From: Lama guanicoe
Taxonomy: Eukaryota
Direction of reading: 5' to 3'
DNA: 64,000 nucleotides
NCBI GenBank assembly: GCA_013239625.1
Contig: MU053379.1
Location: 1,966,866-2,030,865, forward strand
The number at the start of each line of letters is the position of its first letter. Within the stretch, counting starts at the first letter, position 1. This document shows positions 49,072 to 61,649 of the stretch, piece after piece. The notes beneath the pieces were generated by a model. That model did no database searches. It had not been told where the DNA came from and worked only from the letters and a program-made list of their open reading frames with translations. Made by a program: the position numbers and the translations under genes.

Positions 49072-49198
49072 TTTTTTTTTTTTGGAGGGGTGTAGATAAT
49101 TAGGCTTATTTATGTATTTACTAATGGAGATACTGGGGATTGAACCCAGGACCTCGTGCATGCTAAGCATGTGCTCTACCACTGAGCTACACCCTCCC
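49072..49198 (-). mobile_element. tRNA-Ala-derived SINE (camelid Vic-1 type)
   Basis: Reverse complement reads GGGAGGGTGTAGCTCAGTGGTAGAGCACATGCTTAGCATGCACGAGGTCCTGGGTTCAATCCCCAG, then an AT-rich body and poly(A). Pol III A and B boxes are intact. Confidence 0.9.
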
Positions 49199-49239
49199 AT
49201 GCCCTGCAGTCTCCTCAGTGTGTGCTGTCCATCAGAGCC

Positions 49240-49575
49240 CTGGTCCTCCACATGCCACCTCCTGTGTCCTTGAAACCAGATGTGAGCATATGACACATTT
49301 TCAGCCAATGGAATGTGGCAGAAGTGATGTCCCGTGTGCTGCCCCCTGTGGGAGCTGTTAGAGCTCAGGGTGATGTCTCATGTCCTCCTCACCTGCCAGC
49401 GTGACCACAGGAGTGGGCTTGAGAAGGAGCCTCCAGACTGATTTCCGGAAGCACAGGCTTCTGCCGCCCCACACCAGGCATGTGTGAACATGAGAACCAA
49501 CCGTGTGCTGTTTTACACCTGGGAGATCCCCGGGTTGTGCATTACTGCAGCCAGACCCCGCCCCTTTGCTCTGAA
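49240..49575 (+). mobile_element. MLT1-type (ERVL-MaLR) LTR
   Basis: catatgac...ttcagccaatggaatgtggcagaagtgatg...catgtgtgaacatgagaa...ttactgcagc. Confidence 0.7.
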
Positions 49576-51274
49576 TGATGCCGCCTTGTTAGGTGCCGGG
49601 TTACCTGTTCTCAGGTGGACCTGTCACTCTTGGTCATTAAGGTTCAAGGTGCTGATTGTTCCTCCCAACCTTTTTGCCGAGTGACTTGCTTCCTGACTGC
49701 CCTGGGCTTTAGTTTCCTCCTGCAGTGTCCAGACTCCTCCTGGGCATTCCAGGCATTCCCTGAAGTGTGTTTGGAGAAGTTCTTCAGGCCAAGCCTATTC
49801 ACAATGTCCATTTCCCAGAAAAGGTTCCTCTTGTTAATTTTCAAACGGGTACCCCTGTCATTGCCTTGAAAAGAGAAAATACCAGTGAACAGAATTGGGA
49901 TTCTGTTTAAAGAATAGATCCCCTGATTTCCGTGATTTGTTCCAAGACAGCTCCCCAGGCAAAGGCAGAGCACGAATTGGAGGTTGTAACCGGAGACGGA
50001 TGGAGGAGGGGGGGTGGACCATCAAAGATGGCACCGTGGTGGGTGCAGCCAGGCCGTGAGGGCAGGAGTCATCCTTACAGGTCCTGCTGAGAAGCTAGAA
50101 CATGCAGACAGGAGCCCTCTCCCCCGCTGCACGTGGGGGTGGAGAAATTCAGGAGAAAATCCATTTGGCAGACATGGCTTGGAGATGGAATTAGGGCTGA
50201 GGAAGGAAGGCACGCGGAGGGGGAGAGTGGGGCCCCTCCTGGGGGGCTGGAGGTCCTATGGGGAGGGGGCTCAGCATGGGCTGCACTTTCTTTGTCAACC
50301 ACCAGGTTCTCCCAGGATTACTGGGAGGCGGCCAGGTCAGAGGAGGTGTGGAGGGTGTTGGGGGCGGCCGTGGTGCATCCTCTATCCGCTTTTCTGGCCC
50401 CATTGAAGAGAGAGGGCCCTTCACACAGAACATCCATGGGCCTGGATGCTTACTCCCACATGCAAACTGCTGAGAAGAAAATTTGTAGCACCTGTCACCA
50501 AGGCCACGGGGAAGTTAATGGTTTTCAATTAACCTTCTTACAGGTTAACAGAACCTGTGAAGAGCTGTTGAGGCAGCCAGAGGTTCTGCGTCCTGTGCTG
50601 TCAGGGCTCCTGGTCCACCCTGGCTGCTGGGGGTGGGCTGTCTTGTCCTCTCCCAGCTGGTCTCTGACTCGCCTGTGACCTGCCCACCTTCTCTGTGACT
50701 GTCCGTCTCCCAAGACCCTTCGTTCACATGCATGTGAGCCTGTGGGCACACAGACATACACACACATGCACACACACTACAACCGGGGGTGTGGGGGGTG
50801 TGAGCTGATCTGAGCAGGTGCTCCAAATGGAGGGTCAGAGGGAGGGCTGAAGTCACCTGGGAAAGGAATGGCCCTGTGAACCGCTGTCTGGTCTAGAACC
50901 AAACAGAGAACTCTCCTCGCTCGTGTGCTCGCAGTCATTCTTCCTCCCAGACCAGGTTCCTGGGGGCTGTTTGTTAGCACTTAATATTGTTAAAATGAAC
51001 AGCGATGGTAGCACATTCTATGCATGCAGTATGTTTGTCTCAGGAATTTGCCTCCCTTTTTGACGAGCCTTTATGTATACTGACTCGGAGAGAAAAAAAG
51101 AAGAGCGTGTGCCCATTATGCAGCCTAGGAAACTAAGGCCCATAACTGCCCTGTGATTTCCCCTTTTCCCAGGAGGGTGTGGGTTATCCTGAGACATTTG
51201 GTCTTCTTCCACTTGTTTAGCCCCCAGTCAGTGTTTCTACAGGGACGTCGGCAGGGGTACTGAAGCGCAGGGCA

Positions 51275-51476
51275 GGGCTGCCCAGTAAGCTCTCTGCAGT
51301 GATGGAGATACTGTGCGCCTGCGCTGTCCATCATGGCGGGACCCACCACACGTGCTGGTGGGCACTTGAAACGTGGCTCGTGCAACCGAGGTCCTGGATT
51401 TTTTATTTTACTTATATTTGACTAATTTAAATTTAGATAGCCCCATGTGGCCTGCAGCTGCCATATGAGACATGCC
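51275..51476. mobile_element. MER3-like hAT-Charlie element
   Basis: ctgcagtgatggaga...ctgcgctgtcca...gcacttgaaacgtggct...taatttaaatttagatagccccatgtggc. Confidence 0.8.
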
Positions 51477-53114
51477 TGGGGCACATATGGGAAGAGCATT
51501 TAGGAAGGGAGAGTTCGTGGAGTGGGTGGGAGGGGCTCCTTGGCACCCGTTCTTCTGGGATTCCTTCCTGGGAGCAAGTTGGGTGGGTGGAGAAGCAGAG
51601 AGCTGGGGACGCCCAGGGGTCCCTAACAATGTGGAAACTTCTGCGGTGTCCACTCCTCCAAGAGAGCCTTCCCACTTGGAACAGATTCTCCCATAAGGGA
51701 GTTGGGCATAGTTTTCTCAAAAATATAATTCCTACATGGGTTGCTTGAGTGCCGGTTGTTTGCTACAATCCAGCAAATGAACAATGAAGTTCAGTTGAGA
51801 CACTTCCTGCAAAACCCAGAGTTGATGGTGTGCCTGTTATGTTACTGATTCTCTGGAACAGGATCCATGTGGCAAATTCACGCTCGATGCTGGGGTCTTC
51901 CAGGAAAACAGGAAACCTTGTTCTGCAGACCAGCCTGCGGTCCCCCCAGCAGACAGTGGGATTGGCATGGCGTGGCGTCTTTCCCTTTTGTCGCAGTGCC
52001 TGAAGCATCCAGGCAGGGTCACTGCCCAGCTGCGCTCCGTGGCTTATCTCTGGGATGGCGTCATCTAACTGTGCTTCCTCTGGGCTGAGGCTTCCGCTAC
52101 TATGAGCCCATCAGAGTCACCAGAGGGCTTTACAAATGACCCCGTGGGCCACCTCAGCCAGACTCTCTTGGTGCCACGTAAGAGCTGTCATCTTTTGAAG
52201 CTACCAGGGAGCGTGCCTGTGCCCGCAGGGTGGGGCACCCAGCTTTCCGTGATCTTCGTCTGTGTCGCCCCAGCTGTCTTATTTTGTATTTGTTTCCTTG
52301 TGAGCTGCCCAAGGTCCATTTGGAAGTAGACTGGGAAACCTTAAATAAAAGTCCTCATCCTGTTCATTAGAGAAAGTGGACCACATTTACACCGTATATC
52401 GAAGTTTCACTTTTTTTGAAGAGAGGATCCCAAATGGCCCCTCTGAGCAGAACCGCTGTAAATGTCAGATGATTGCCTGATTTCAGCCTGACTCCCTTTG
52501 CCCCTGTTCCCCACAGCAGTCCTTTTGACCAAAAGTCTCGTTGCCTTAGGAAAGCTGCTGCAGACTTCTCCTAACCGGGGATTAAGCAAAATGCACCTAA
52601 GAAAACAGAGCGGCGAGCAGCTACGATGCCCACATGACATGGGGAAGGGAGTCCGGCAGGGCCACCCCTTTTTTCGGCCGATGTGCAGAAGTGGCCTTGC
52701 GGCTGCTGTGTGTTTGCGGTAGAGAGCAGAGCATAATCCTTGCTCCAAAGGGAAGCCGCCCATGCTTCTGGAATACTGCCCCAGTCACCTTTCCCTCAAA
52801 ATGTAATCAAGTATGTGCATTTGCTGATTAGGAACAAATGTCAAAGTGTCCGCCGCGGTGGCATTCTACGATTTCCATGGCTCTGGCACACCGCAGCGGG
52901 AGCTCGTGAATCTTTCATGGCTGGCCTGTATTTAGGGCTTTCAGTGTCTGAGGGCGATCAGACGCCCGCGGAGATGGAGTTCTCCGAGTGCCCCGTCTTC
53001 CGCCAGGACGGGGACCTATTTAAAGTACCTCTCATCTTTCGAGCGTACAGAGATTCTGCTGACTGCGAGAAGCTGTCCTGGACCTGCAATTAGAGTATGA
53101 GAACCCCCCCAAGG

Positions 53115-54620
53115 TGTTTATTAATTTATCCAAAAAATATGAAAGGGATTGTCCACTCCATGTCCAGCCTCGTGCTGGGCATGGTGGTGACTAAGAAAGA
53201 GCCCCTGATCTCTGAGCTTATGTTCTGGTCGGGGGAGACAGACCACAGACAAGAACGCAAATCATCAGGGTAGTTACAGGCTGTGATCGTTGCCGTGAAA
53301 AAATAAGCAGAGTGGTGTGACGTGTCTTAAGCACGGAAGTGATATGACCTGACGTGCATTTTGAAGGACCACTGTGGCCGCCGGGTGGGAAGACGGATTG
53401 CGGGCGGCAAACGTGACAGCCAGCACACCAGCTGAGAGGCCATGTCTGTGGTCCAGGAAAGAGATGGTGATGGCGGTAGAGGCGGGGAGAAAGGGCGGCC
53501 TTGTGACACGGGAGAGAGAGAACCTGCTGATGGTGCGGACAGGAGGGAGCAGGAGGAAAGAAGCAAGAAAAACTCCTGAGCGTGGCGATCAGCAGCCAGG
53601 TGACTGTAACGCTTCCCAAGACGGGGAAGAGGGAGGTGTGGGCAGAAGGGACAGGTGTGCAGGAAATACTGAATATTGCGCTGTCATCTAAATGGTCTAA
53701 GTGTACACGTGCCTAGGGTTCTGGCAAGTGGTTGGGCCTGGAGATGTGCACTTTGGAGACATAGCTTACTGTTGGCATTTAGAGTTACCAGCCGACCTGG
53801 AAAGGCATCAGAGAGTGAGCCCTCTGCTCCTTCACCATTTGGATCCAGTGGAAGAGGTACCAGTGAAGGATGCCAAGATGGAGTGGCCAGTGAGGAAGAA
53901 GGAAAAAAGAGCAGAGCATCCTCGAAACCAAAAGAGGGCAGGAGGGTGGTGACCAGGGAGATGAGGTCAGAGAAGCATTCACCGAGATGCCCGGCACGGT
54001 GGCGCCTAGAGCAACCGTGACGAGCCGTTTCAGAGGGCGGTGGCGGGGAACAGCTGCAATGATCAAAGAGCAGCTGAGCCAGAGAGTAAGGTGAGAAAGT
54101 TGAGTTTACCCTTTTGCAAGTTTTCCTTTGAAAACTGAGCCCAAAAACGGGGCACAGCTCGCATATAGGATGCTGAACTGGGGAGGCTTTGTTTTTAAGA
54201 TGAGATGCTTCTGGAGGGAGATTCTGTAACAACCTATTGGTGTGCTGATTGAAATGATGGAGCAGAAAGGGAGCCTTGATGTTTCAGGAGCAGAGGGGAG
54301 AGCTAGAAGGGTAGGGCTGTGGACAGCCCAGGAGGGGATGTGACCCAGAACACGTGCGCACCGACCCCCTTCTGAAGCTGCAGGGACCTGCCCCTCTAAC
54401 AGCAGGAGAGGGAGAACATGGGGGTAGGCACAGCGAGGCTCAGGGATTCAATGGAGGAAAATGACAGCCTGATTGCTCCTAATTTTCTGAATAGAAGGCA
54501 GAGTGATGAGCTGATGGACAGAGTGCATTTGAGGGATGGAGAGGTAGGAGCCAAGCTGGTCGTGGAGGGAGAAAGAGGATTAATGGTTTGGCAGCAGCAG
54601 AGGGGAGCTTTGATGGAAAC
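53115..54620 (-). mobile_element. L2 fragment, about 1.5 kb
   Basis: gagcttatgttctggtcgggggagacagac...ttttgaaggaccactgtggc...gtccaggaaagagatggtg...tttggagacatagc...gagtggccagtgagg...gaggtcagagaag. Confidence 0.8.
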
Positions 54621-55007
54621 TAAAGCTATTCGGGAGGCTTGAGTTTCCTCGCTGTTGGGCTTGGAGCCAGGGTTTTACTCAGTGCCATGGAAGCTTTCTT
54701 CTACAGCATGTCCCCATGCTTGAGGGCTCCCAGCTGCTCCCGACCAGCCCGCCGCCCTGGAGGAAGTACAGCACCCTCGGTGCCCCGCAGGGGACGCGCC
54801 CTGCGTCTGAGTCCCCTCCTGAGCGGCCAAGTCCATAGTGCAGGTGCATTCACCTGGGGACGTCAGGGAGCCTGAGGACCAGCGGGCTCTGCCAGTTCCT
54901 CCCTGTGTGACTTTGGACATGTGATGCCACCCCGTTTACTCACATGTAACTTGAGAGAGTCAGTGTATGTCTTGATCTAGATCCATCCTTGCTCCAGCTG
55001 TCCATGA

Positions 55008-55831
55008 GTTTTTTTTTTTCCCTAATTGAAGTATAGTTGATTTACAATGTTGTGCTAGATTCTGGTATATAGCAGACTGATTCAGTTACATATATATATG
55101 TATGTATATATAAATTCCTTTTCATATTCTTTTTCATTACAGGCTATTACAAGGTATTGAATACAGTTCCCTGTGCTGTACAGTAGAACATTGTTGTTAA
55201 TATATTTTATATATAGTAGTTAGTATCTGCAAATCCCAAACTGCCAATTTATCCCTTCCTACCCCCTTTCCCTCTGACAATAGTAAGTTTGTTTTCTATG
55301 TCTGTGAGTCTGTTTCTGTTTTGTAAATAAGTCCATTTGTGTCCTTTTTTTAGATTCCACATATAAGTGATATAATATAGCACTTATCTTTCTCTTTCTG
55401 CATACTTCATTTAGTATGATAATCTCTAGGTCCATCCATATTGCTACAAATGGCATTATTTATTCTTTTTCATGGCTGAGTAGTATTCCATTATATATGT
55501 ACCATATCTTCTTTATCCAGTCATCTGTCAACGAACATTTAGGTTGCTTCCACATCTTGGCTATTGTAAATAGCGTTGCTATGAACATTGGAATGCACCT
55601 ATGTTTACAAATTAAGAGTTTTCTCTGAATATATACCCAGGAATAGGATTGCTGGATCATATGGTAGGTTTATTTTTAGTTTTTTAAGGAATCTCCATAC
55701 TGTCCTCCGCAATGGCTGCACCAATATACATTCCCACCAACAGTGTAGGAGGGTCCCCTTTTCTCTGCACCTGCTTCAGCATCTATCATTTGTGGACTTT
55801 TTGGTGATGGCCATTAGGACCAGTGCGAGGT
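55008..55831 (-). mobile_element. Young artiodactyl-type L1 3' end (complete 3'UTR plus ORF2 C-terminus)
   Basis: Poly(T), then ttgaagtatagttgatttacaatg. ORFs 55259..55456(-) MPFVAIWMDLEIIILNEV and 55460..55660(-) [21 protein letters not shown] are L1 ORF2 C-terminal motifs. Confidence 0.95.
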
Positions 55832-56896
55832 CTTGACTCCTCTTGTCTGCAGCTTGCCTGAGGTCTCTTTCCATTAAGCCTCAAGAAAAACTAGCAAGCC
55901 TCAATTTGTTTACACTGATCCAGGACATGATTGGTTTGTGGATATTGATGAACCAAATGGCTGTTGTCACAGGTCCATTCAAGCATGTCACCTTGCCAGT
56001 TCAATTCTTTGAGCCTGGAAAGGTTCCCATGCAAATGGGACACCCATCTCAGTGCCAAGTGGGTATCAGTCCAAATAACCCTCCTCCCTGCAACCCTACA
56101 GGTGCTCTCAAGCCCACAGGGACCTGCACTTGCGGAGCACCTGGCAGGCGCAGGTCATGCCCACAGCCTTAGGGCTGCCTGTGTGTGCATGGAGGGCCCC
56201 CCCAACCCCGGCCCCTTCAGGACCTTGGAGAGTCCCACTCGACCTGCGTTGGCTGGCAGTTGGGGATTTGAACTAGGCAATTCAGTCTTGCCCACAGATG
56301 TTCACCTAAACATTTCTTTCTGCTGGGGAACTGCTGATGCATGTGGCTTCCAAAAGTGGAGTGGCTTGGCATGTGGCTCAGAGGTGACAATGCCCAGACT
56401 CGAGACAGGAAGCCTGGCAGGTCACAGAGCAGGTCTCTCATCTCAGTGACTCCAGGTGTGGGATTTTAGGGCCGGTCTGCCTCTCTGAGAGGGGAGTGAG
56501 TGGAAACAGGAGGCCAGGCTGCCCTGTGCAAGTGTGAAGGGAGGCTCTTCCCTCTCCAGAGTAGCTTTCGCTCAGACCCTAAAATGTGGGCCACGTCATG
56601 AGCTGGGAGGTGACTGCGTCAAGTGTGCACACTGCACCCCCATTCTTTGCACATACACATGTACACATACAGACAGGCCACTCTTGTCTAATGTGGACCC
56701 CAACAGTACAAAGTCCCAGATGTTAGACACCAAGGAAGAGTGATCCACGCATCCGTGTCACCTGTGCCTCTAGGACTTGGATCAAGCAGATCACAAATGC
56801 AAACGTTAGTTCACTAGTTTATGCCTCATTCACATGTTAGTGACGTGAAACCCACATGGTCCCCGACGTTTAGGAACGTGCAGTCTGATGGGGTGA

Positions 56897-56923
56897 ACAC
56901 ACACACACACACACACACACACA
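56897..56923. repeat. (AC)13 microsatellite, probably within an L2 remnant (about 56800-57050)
   Basis: Perfect AC run; flanks cagtctgatgggg and cgggaaaggcttcagagggagg are L2-like. Confidence 0.9.
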
Positions 56924-57504
56924 GTGGCTGTATTGCAGGTGTAGTAGGTGACGTAAGGTACCAATCCACTCAACGCCATGGACATTCAAGGCCCTAGAAG
57001 GAGGATTCGGGAAAGGCTTCAGAGGGAGGCGGTGTGAAGATGCCTCGACTCCGGCGGGCTGAGTCCGGGAAGGAGCAGCGGCCCCGCAGGGTGGGTGTCG
57101 GGGCTCGGAGGGCACGTCAGGAAATCCGTTCCTGTTGTGGTGCTTCTGGGCTGCGTGTCTTTGGGGAAGCAGAGGAGGAAGCAGAGTGAGGGGGAGGCTC
57201 CATGCTGACGGAGTGCCTCCAGGTGCGGCATTTCGCTGACGTCAGATCCCAGATTTGCCCCATCTTTACTCAAAACTAGTGTTTCTATCACTCCATGAAT
57301 GTGGTCCTGAAATACTCACAGAAATTGCCTCAGATTTTATCCTCAGTGAATACGCCATTAAGATCAAGTTTGACACCAATTTCTTCGTAGGGGTTCATTG
57401 CTAATGCCTTTCTGGTTCTAGTCTGGAAGCCCGAAAGCCAGGTGCTACCTCTGCGAACATTCTAGGTGTTGACGGCATGTGTGTAACTAGGGAGTGAGAC
57501 GAGG

Positions 57505-57693
57505 ACACCTGGTCGGCCGGCTCTGGGAGAAAAAAAAGCCGCGTTTGTCACCTGTGGCCTTTGCCAGTATCTTCGGTGTAGATACTTCCACAGTGGCCAA
57601 TGTCAAGGTAAAATGGATTTAACCACCCGCTTACAAAATGTCTGAACGTTTAACATGTGGCTCAGGACCTGGTCCAGGATGGTCCCATCACTG
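57505..57693. mobile_element. MER63A-like hAT-Blackjack element
   Basis: ccggctct...aaaaaaaagcc...tttgcca...ggtgtagatacttccac...tggccaatgtcaag...acaaaatgtctgaacgtttaaca...cactg. Confidence 0.7.
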
Positions 57694-59262
57694 CGGGGAA
57701 GGGAGGGTGGAGGTTGCAGAAGTAAAAGCAAGTAGGAGAGTTTATAAACTTTCCTTCCCTCGTGTCCTGGTGTCTGTGACGGGGCCCTCCGTCAACAGCT
57801 GCTATTTTTCAAATTAAAAACTAAAAGTTTTTAAAACTGAATGGATGCAGCCAGTTTATGTACCTGTGCCAAAAATTTCAAACTGTTCCTTTAAAATAGA
57901 GCAACATTTGACAATTTAAAACGTAAAAGTCATAGCCTGCAGGTCTCTGCGTAACAGAGAGAGGGTCGCTTTGCAAAGGAATTTGTCATGTGGTTCTTTA
58001 AATACCGGGGAATCTTCAGGTGGAAACATTATTCAGTTTTGCAAATATTTAGCTTACTGTTTCTTAAAATGCTCGTCTTGTGTGAAGCGGTGGTCCCCAG
58101 CCCGGGGTCCATGGGTCCCTGGAGGTGAGCACTCAGGCAGAGTGCAGGGACTTGGTGGATGCTTTGACCTCGTGCACACCTGCCTCTTCTGTGCAGACGG
58201 TGGTACTTTCAGCAGATTCTTCAATATGCTTGTTACTTGAAAGATAATGGCCTGTGTCACCTGCCAGGGGCTCCGTGCCATGCACATCGTAGATGCTCGA
58301 GTGGTCTTGTCTGTGGATCCGACCGAAGGCACATTTAAAGTTGGTTCAGATGTAGCCTGTGTAATGCCTGCCTTTACCTGCTAGAGACACTGGCCTTGTC
58401 CTGGGGTGGGAGGTGGGATGTGGGCTTTTCAAGGAAGGGTCTGTCGGCAACAGATTTCTGATGATGACAGTGACAGCAATGACAACGCCTCGGCTTTACA
58501 AATGTGGGAAGGACACGAGCCAGAACTCGAGCTCACCACCTCCCTCCTCCACCCACAAGGCCACCCTGCCTGTTTCTGCGTCTCTAGGGCTACTCCCCAC
58601 GTGTGTCACCAGGGCTGGGGAGCAGTCTTCCACGACGATATCAGTCACCCCACGTCTCTCAAAAAGTTGGTCTCAGTCAGCTGGTTTGTTGGAGAAACTG
58701 GGGCTTCTATATCTGGCCACCCCAAGGACTGCAGGATTTCCTGCGGAGGGAGGGGGTTGTGGCTGGCTGTCCCCGCCCCCCTCCCCCACTGCCCGGGATA
58801 ACAGAGCCAGCCCCCTTTCAGTCATGCATGTTCCTGCCCCCCTACGCCCAGACTCCCCATCCCCGGTGGGGTCCCCTGTTGGCCTCAAGCTCACGTGTCT
58901 GTATCAGCCCCCCATGTCAGCAGTGGTGGGAGCTGTCCCTAAGGACCCCAGGAAGGCTGAGGAGGGAACGCATGGTCTCCAGGCCACGGCCTGGGACACT
59001 CAGCCTCTGTTGTCACTACATAGGTGTTGGGAGCCACAGGTCAAAACCACTTGACCAGCTACATGGGGCCCAGATTGCATCTGGCACCAGGGTTAGCACT
59101 CTGGCCTCTGCCCACCTCTCCTCCCCCAGAAGCCTAGCTTTGACACTTCCAGAATCAAAGACATTGCTCCTGAGACTTGACGGGTTTTATTTTTTCACTT
59201 ACCCATTTGCTGTAGTTACACATTCAGCAACACAGGAAGCTTCACCTCCACCAGACTCCTCA

Positions 59263-59378
59263 GGTTTTTATTTAATTTTTTAATTAATTAATTAATGTTT
59301 AATAGAGGCACTGGGGATTGAACCCAGGACCTCATGTGTGCTAAGTCTGTGCTCTACCACTGAGCTGGACCCTCCCCC
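59263..59378 (-). mobile_element. tRNA-Ala-derived SINE (camelid Vic-1 type)
   Basis: ctggggattgaacccaggacctc...gctctaccactgagct...ccctcccc with an AT-rich tail on the left. Confidence 0.88.
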
Positions 59379-60057
59379 ACCTAATTTTTTCTAGTATGAA
59401 CAAGTAGTCTTCATTTAATGAGAGGAATTAAACTCAGTTTGTGAATCACTGACCGTAACTGGAAAACTCACAAAGAGAACTGAGCATTTTGCCCCGTGAT
59501 AACCACATTTGCTGCACCCCATGTGCGGGGAATTCTCAGGTCCCCCGGCAGTGGGATCGGTGCGAGTTCCTGCCTCGCAGCTTGGAAAGCGCCCCGTGTG
59601 GACAGTCAGCGCGCCTCCGCGGGCGTCTCTGTGCTGCGCGGAGGGGATGTTTGTGCGTGTCTGTGCCCGAATCTCATCGTCCGCAGAAGCAGCGCTTTCT
59701 TTAAAAACTCGTGAGCAAATGGCCCATCATCCCAGAGTTTAGTAAGTAAATGAACGACCTTCTGTGCACGACAAGTATTTTGGTCTCCATATAGTTGCTT
59801 TCTGGGGAATGTTTTTTTCCTCCATGACTTTTGTTTTGGGAATTATTGGGGGCAATTCCTTTCTTTTCTTTTGCTTTGCTTCTAAAACACGTGTGCCTAA
59901 GAACTCTGTAGAACAAGATAGACCGGTATCATTTCCTCACATTATAAAAGAAAGAGAACTGAGGCTGGGAGCGTACGGAAGCGGCCAAGGTCAGAGGTCT
60001 AGACTGCTGGTGCACGGCCCACCCCCTGCCTGCCAAGGAGAAATAACAATAATGATT

Positions 60058-60285
60058 AATAAACTAGGAGTTCAAGATTTGCACATACTAACTGCTATAT
60101 ATAACATGCACAGTGTTTTTTCTGTACAGCACAGGGAACTGTGTTCAGTATCTTGTAGTAACGTATAATGAAAAAGGATATGAAGATGAACACATGCATG
60201 TTCACATATGACTGAAGCATGTGCTGCACACCAGAAATGGACACAACACTGTAAAGTGACTACACTTCAATTTAAACAATAAAAT
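60058..60285 (+). mobile_element. Young artiodactyl-type L1 3' end
   Basis: ggagttcaagatttgca...gtacagcacagggaact...tcttgtagtaac...caccagaaat...gactacacttcaa followed by an A-rich tail. Confidence 0.88.
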
Positions 60286-61649
60286 AGCCAGCATAACTAA
60301 GCAGCAGTGGCACTCAGGGTCACAGGGACGACCCTTGACCCCTGTGGGCTCCTGCTCAGGCCCTTCCATGGCTTTCCTCCTTTCACCGCACAGAAACCTA
60401 TGCCCTACGTAGGCACTGGCTTCATTCCCATTTCCAGCGCCCCCCAGCCAGTCACGGACCCGTGGCCGGGAAGCTGGGGCGCTGGGGGCCCAGGATCTGA
60501 AGCAGCTCCCCCAGCCTTGCTAACCACCTTCGAGCAGGTGGCGTGCCGTCCACATGAGACCCTCTGGGGGAGCCGTCCTCACTTCCACAGAGGGAACAGG
60601 AGCCCCTTTGCAGGTGCAGATGCAGCGAAGGCCCCAGGAAGTGCCCTCCGGAGGGGCCGGAGGGAGGGGTGGCGCGGGCCTGGGCGCAGGAACCCCTCCC
60701 CGCTCTCTCCAGGAGCATCCGTCCTTGTTCCGGTGGTTGGCTCTGCAGAGACTTCTAATCAAAAGACGGATTTTTAAATGAACTCTTATTAATTCAGCAA
60801 TCTGCCTGGATGCTGAATTGTCATTTTTGCTAATAGAGAAAAAGGTTAGGTTTATTTTCCGGAACAGTGAAAGTCACTCAACTTAATTAAACTGTCTGAG
60901 GAGATTTTCTACTTGTCTCGCTGAGCCCGGGCCCAGCAGCCGGCTGCGTGGAGCCTGTCAGCCACAGTCAAAACTCAGGTTTTCTTCTGAAGTCGGGATA
61001 GTCTGGGTGTCAGCTGCTCCTAAAGTCCCCAGTGTGGCCCCCAGCGGCCCTGCAAAAGCACGGCGGGTGATGCGTGCACCGCGTGGTTTACAAGAAGGCC
61101 CCCAAGTCCACGGGGGGCTCTCCCAGCGCCCCGGGTGGGTGAGGGCGGTGTTTATTCCCAGCGGCTTAGAATTTCATCATGACCCAGATTTTCTTTTAAT
61201 GGATGACCCAGATTTTAAACTGTAACTGAGAGCACCCTGAAAAGAAAATGCTTAAGAATCCAGAACTGCTAAAGGGAATGCTAACTGGATTTGGCAGGAC
61301 ATTAAGAGAAGTTTCTCTCTTGAGCAGGTAGGAGTTGATCTCAGTGATGCCAGCCTGATTCATAGTGGAATATCTAGCAGTGTCATATTTTGTAGAGATG
61401 GGTCTCTGTGGGGGAAGAAAAAAGCAGTATATCAAAAAAAAATTGATGTTAAAGGGGAAGGTATCCCCAGTGTCAAAAAGAGTGGTCTCTCGCTCTCTCT
61501 GATCCCAGCAGTTGACAGTGGAGGTGACCAGGAGACACACATGCCCCTAAAACCACGTCCATGATAAATGATGGCCACTGTGATTATGTTTATTTAATAA
61601 ACTCACTTCAAAGATACTGGCAAATAGCTTTTGTCAATAGAAGGACGGA

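Noticed and set aside
49125..49198. tRNA-Ala(AGC) gene (also 59305-59378 and 61856-61928)
   Set aside because: The acceptor and anticodon stems have mismatches, and each copy carries a shared AT-rich body and A-tail. These are SINEs, not tRNA genes.
57236..57245. Full CRE palindrome ctgacgtcag (and a MARE-like ggctgaggtcagca at 26968-26981)
   Set aside because: Isolated short motifs are expected by chance in 64 kb, and there is no supporting context.
58406..59283. Overlapping 131, 213 and 226 aa ORFs
   Set aside because: No recognisable domain or convincing splice boundaries, and the longest ends in a SINE tail.
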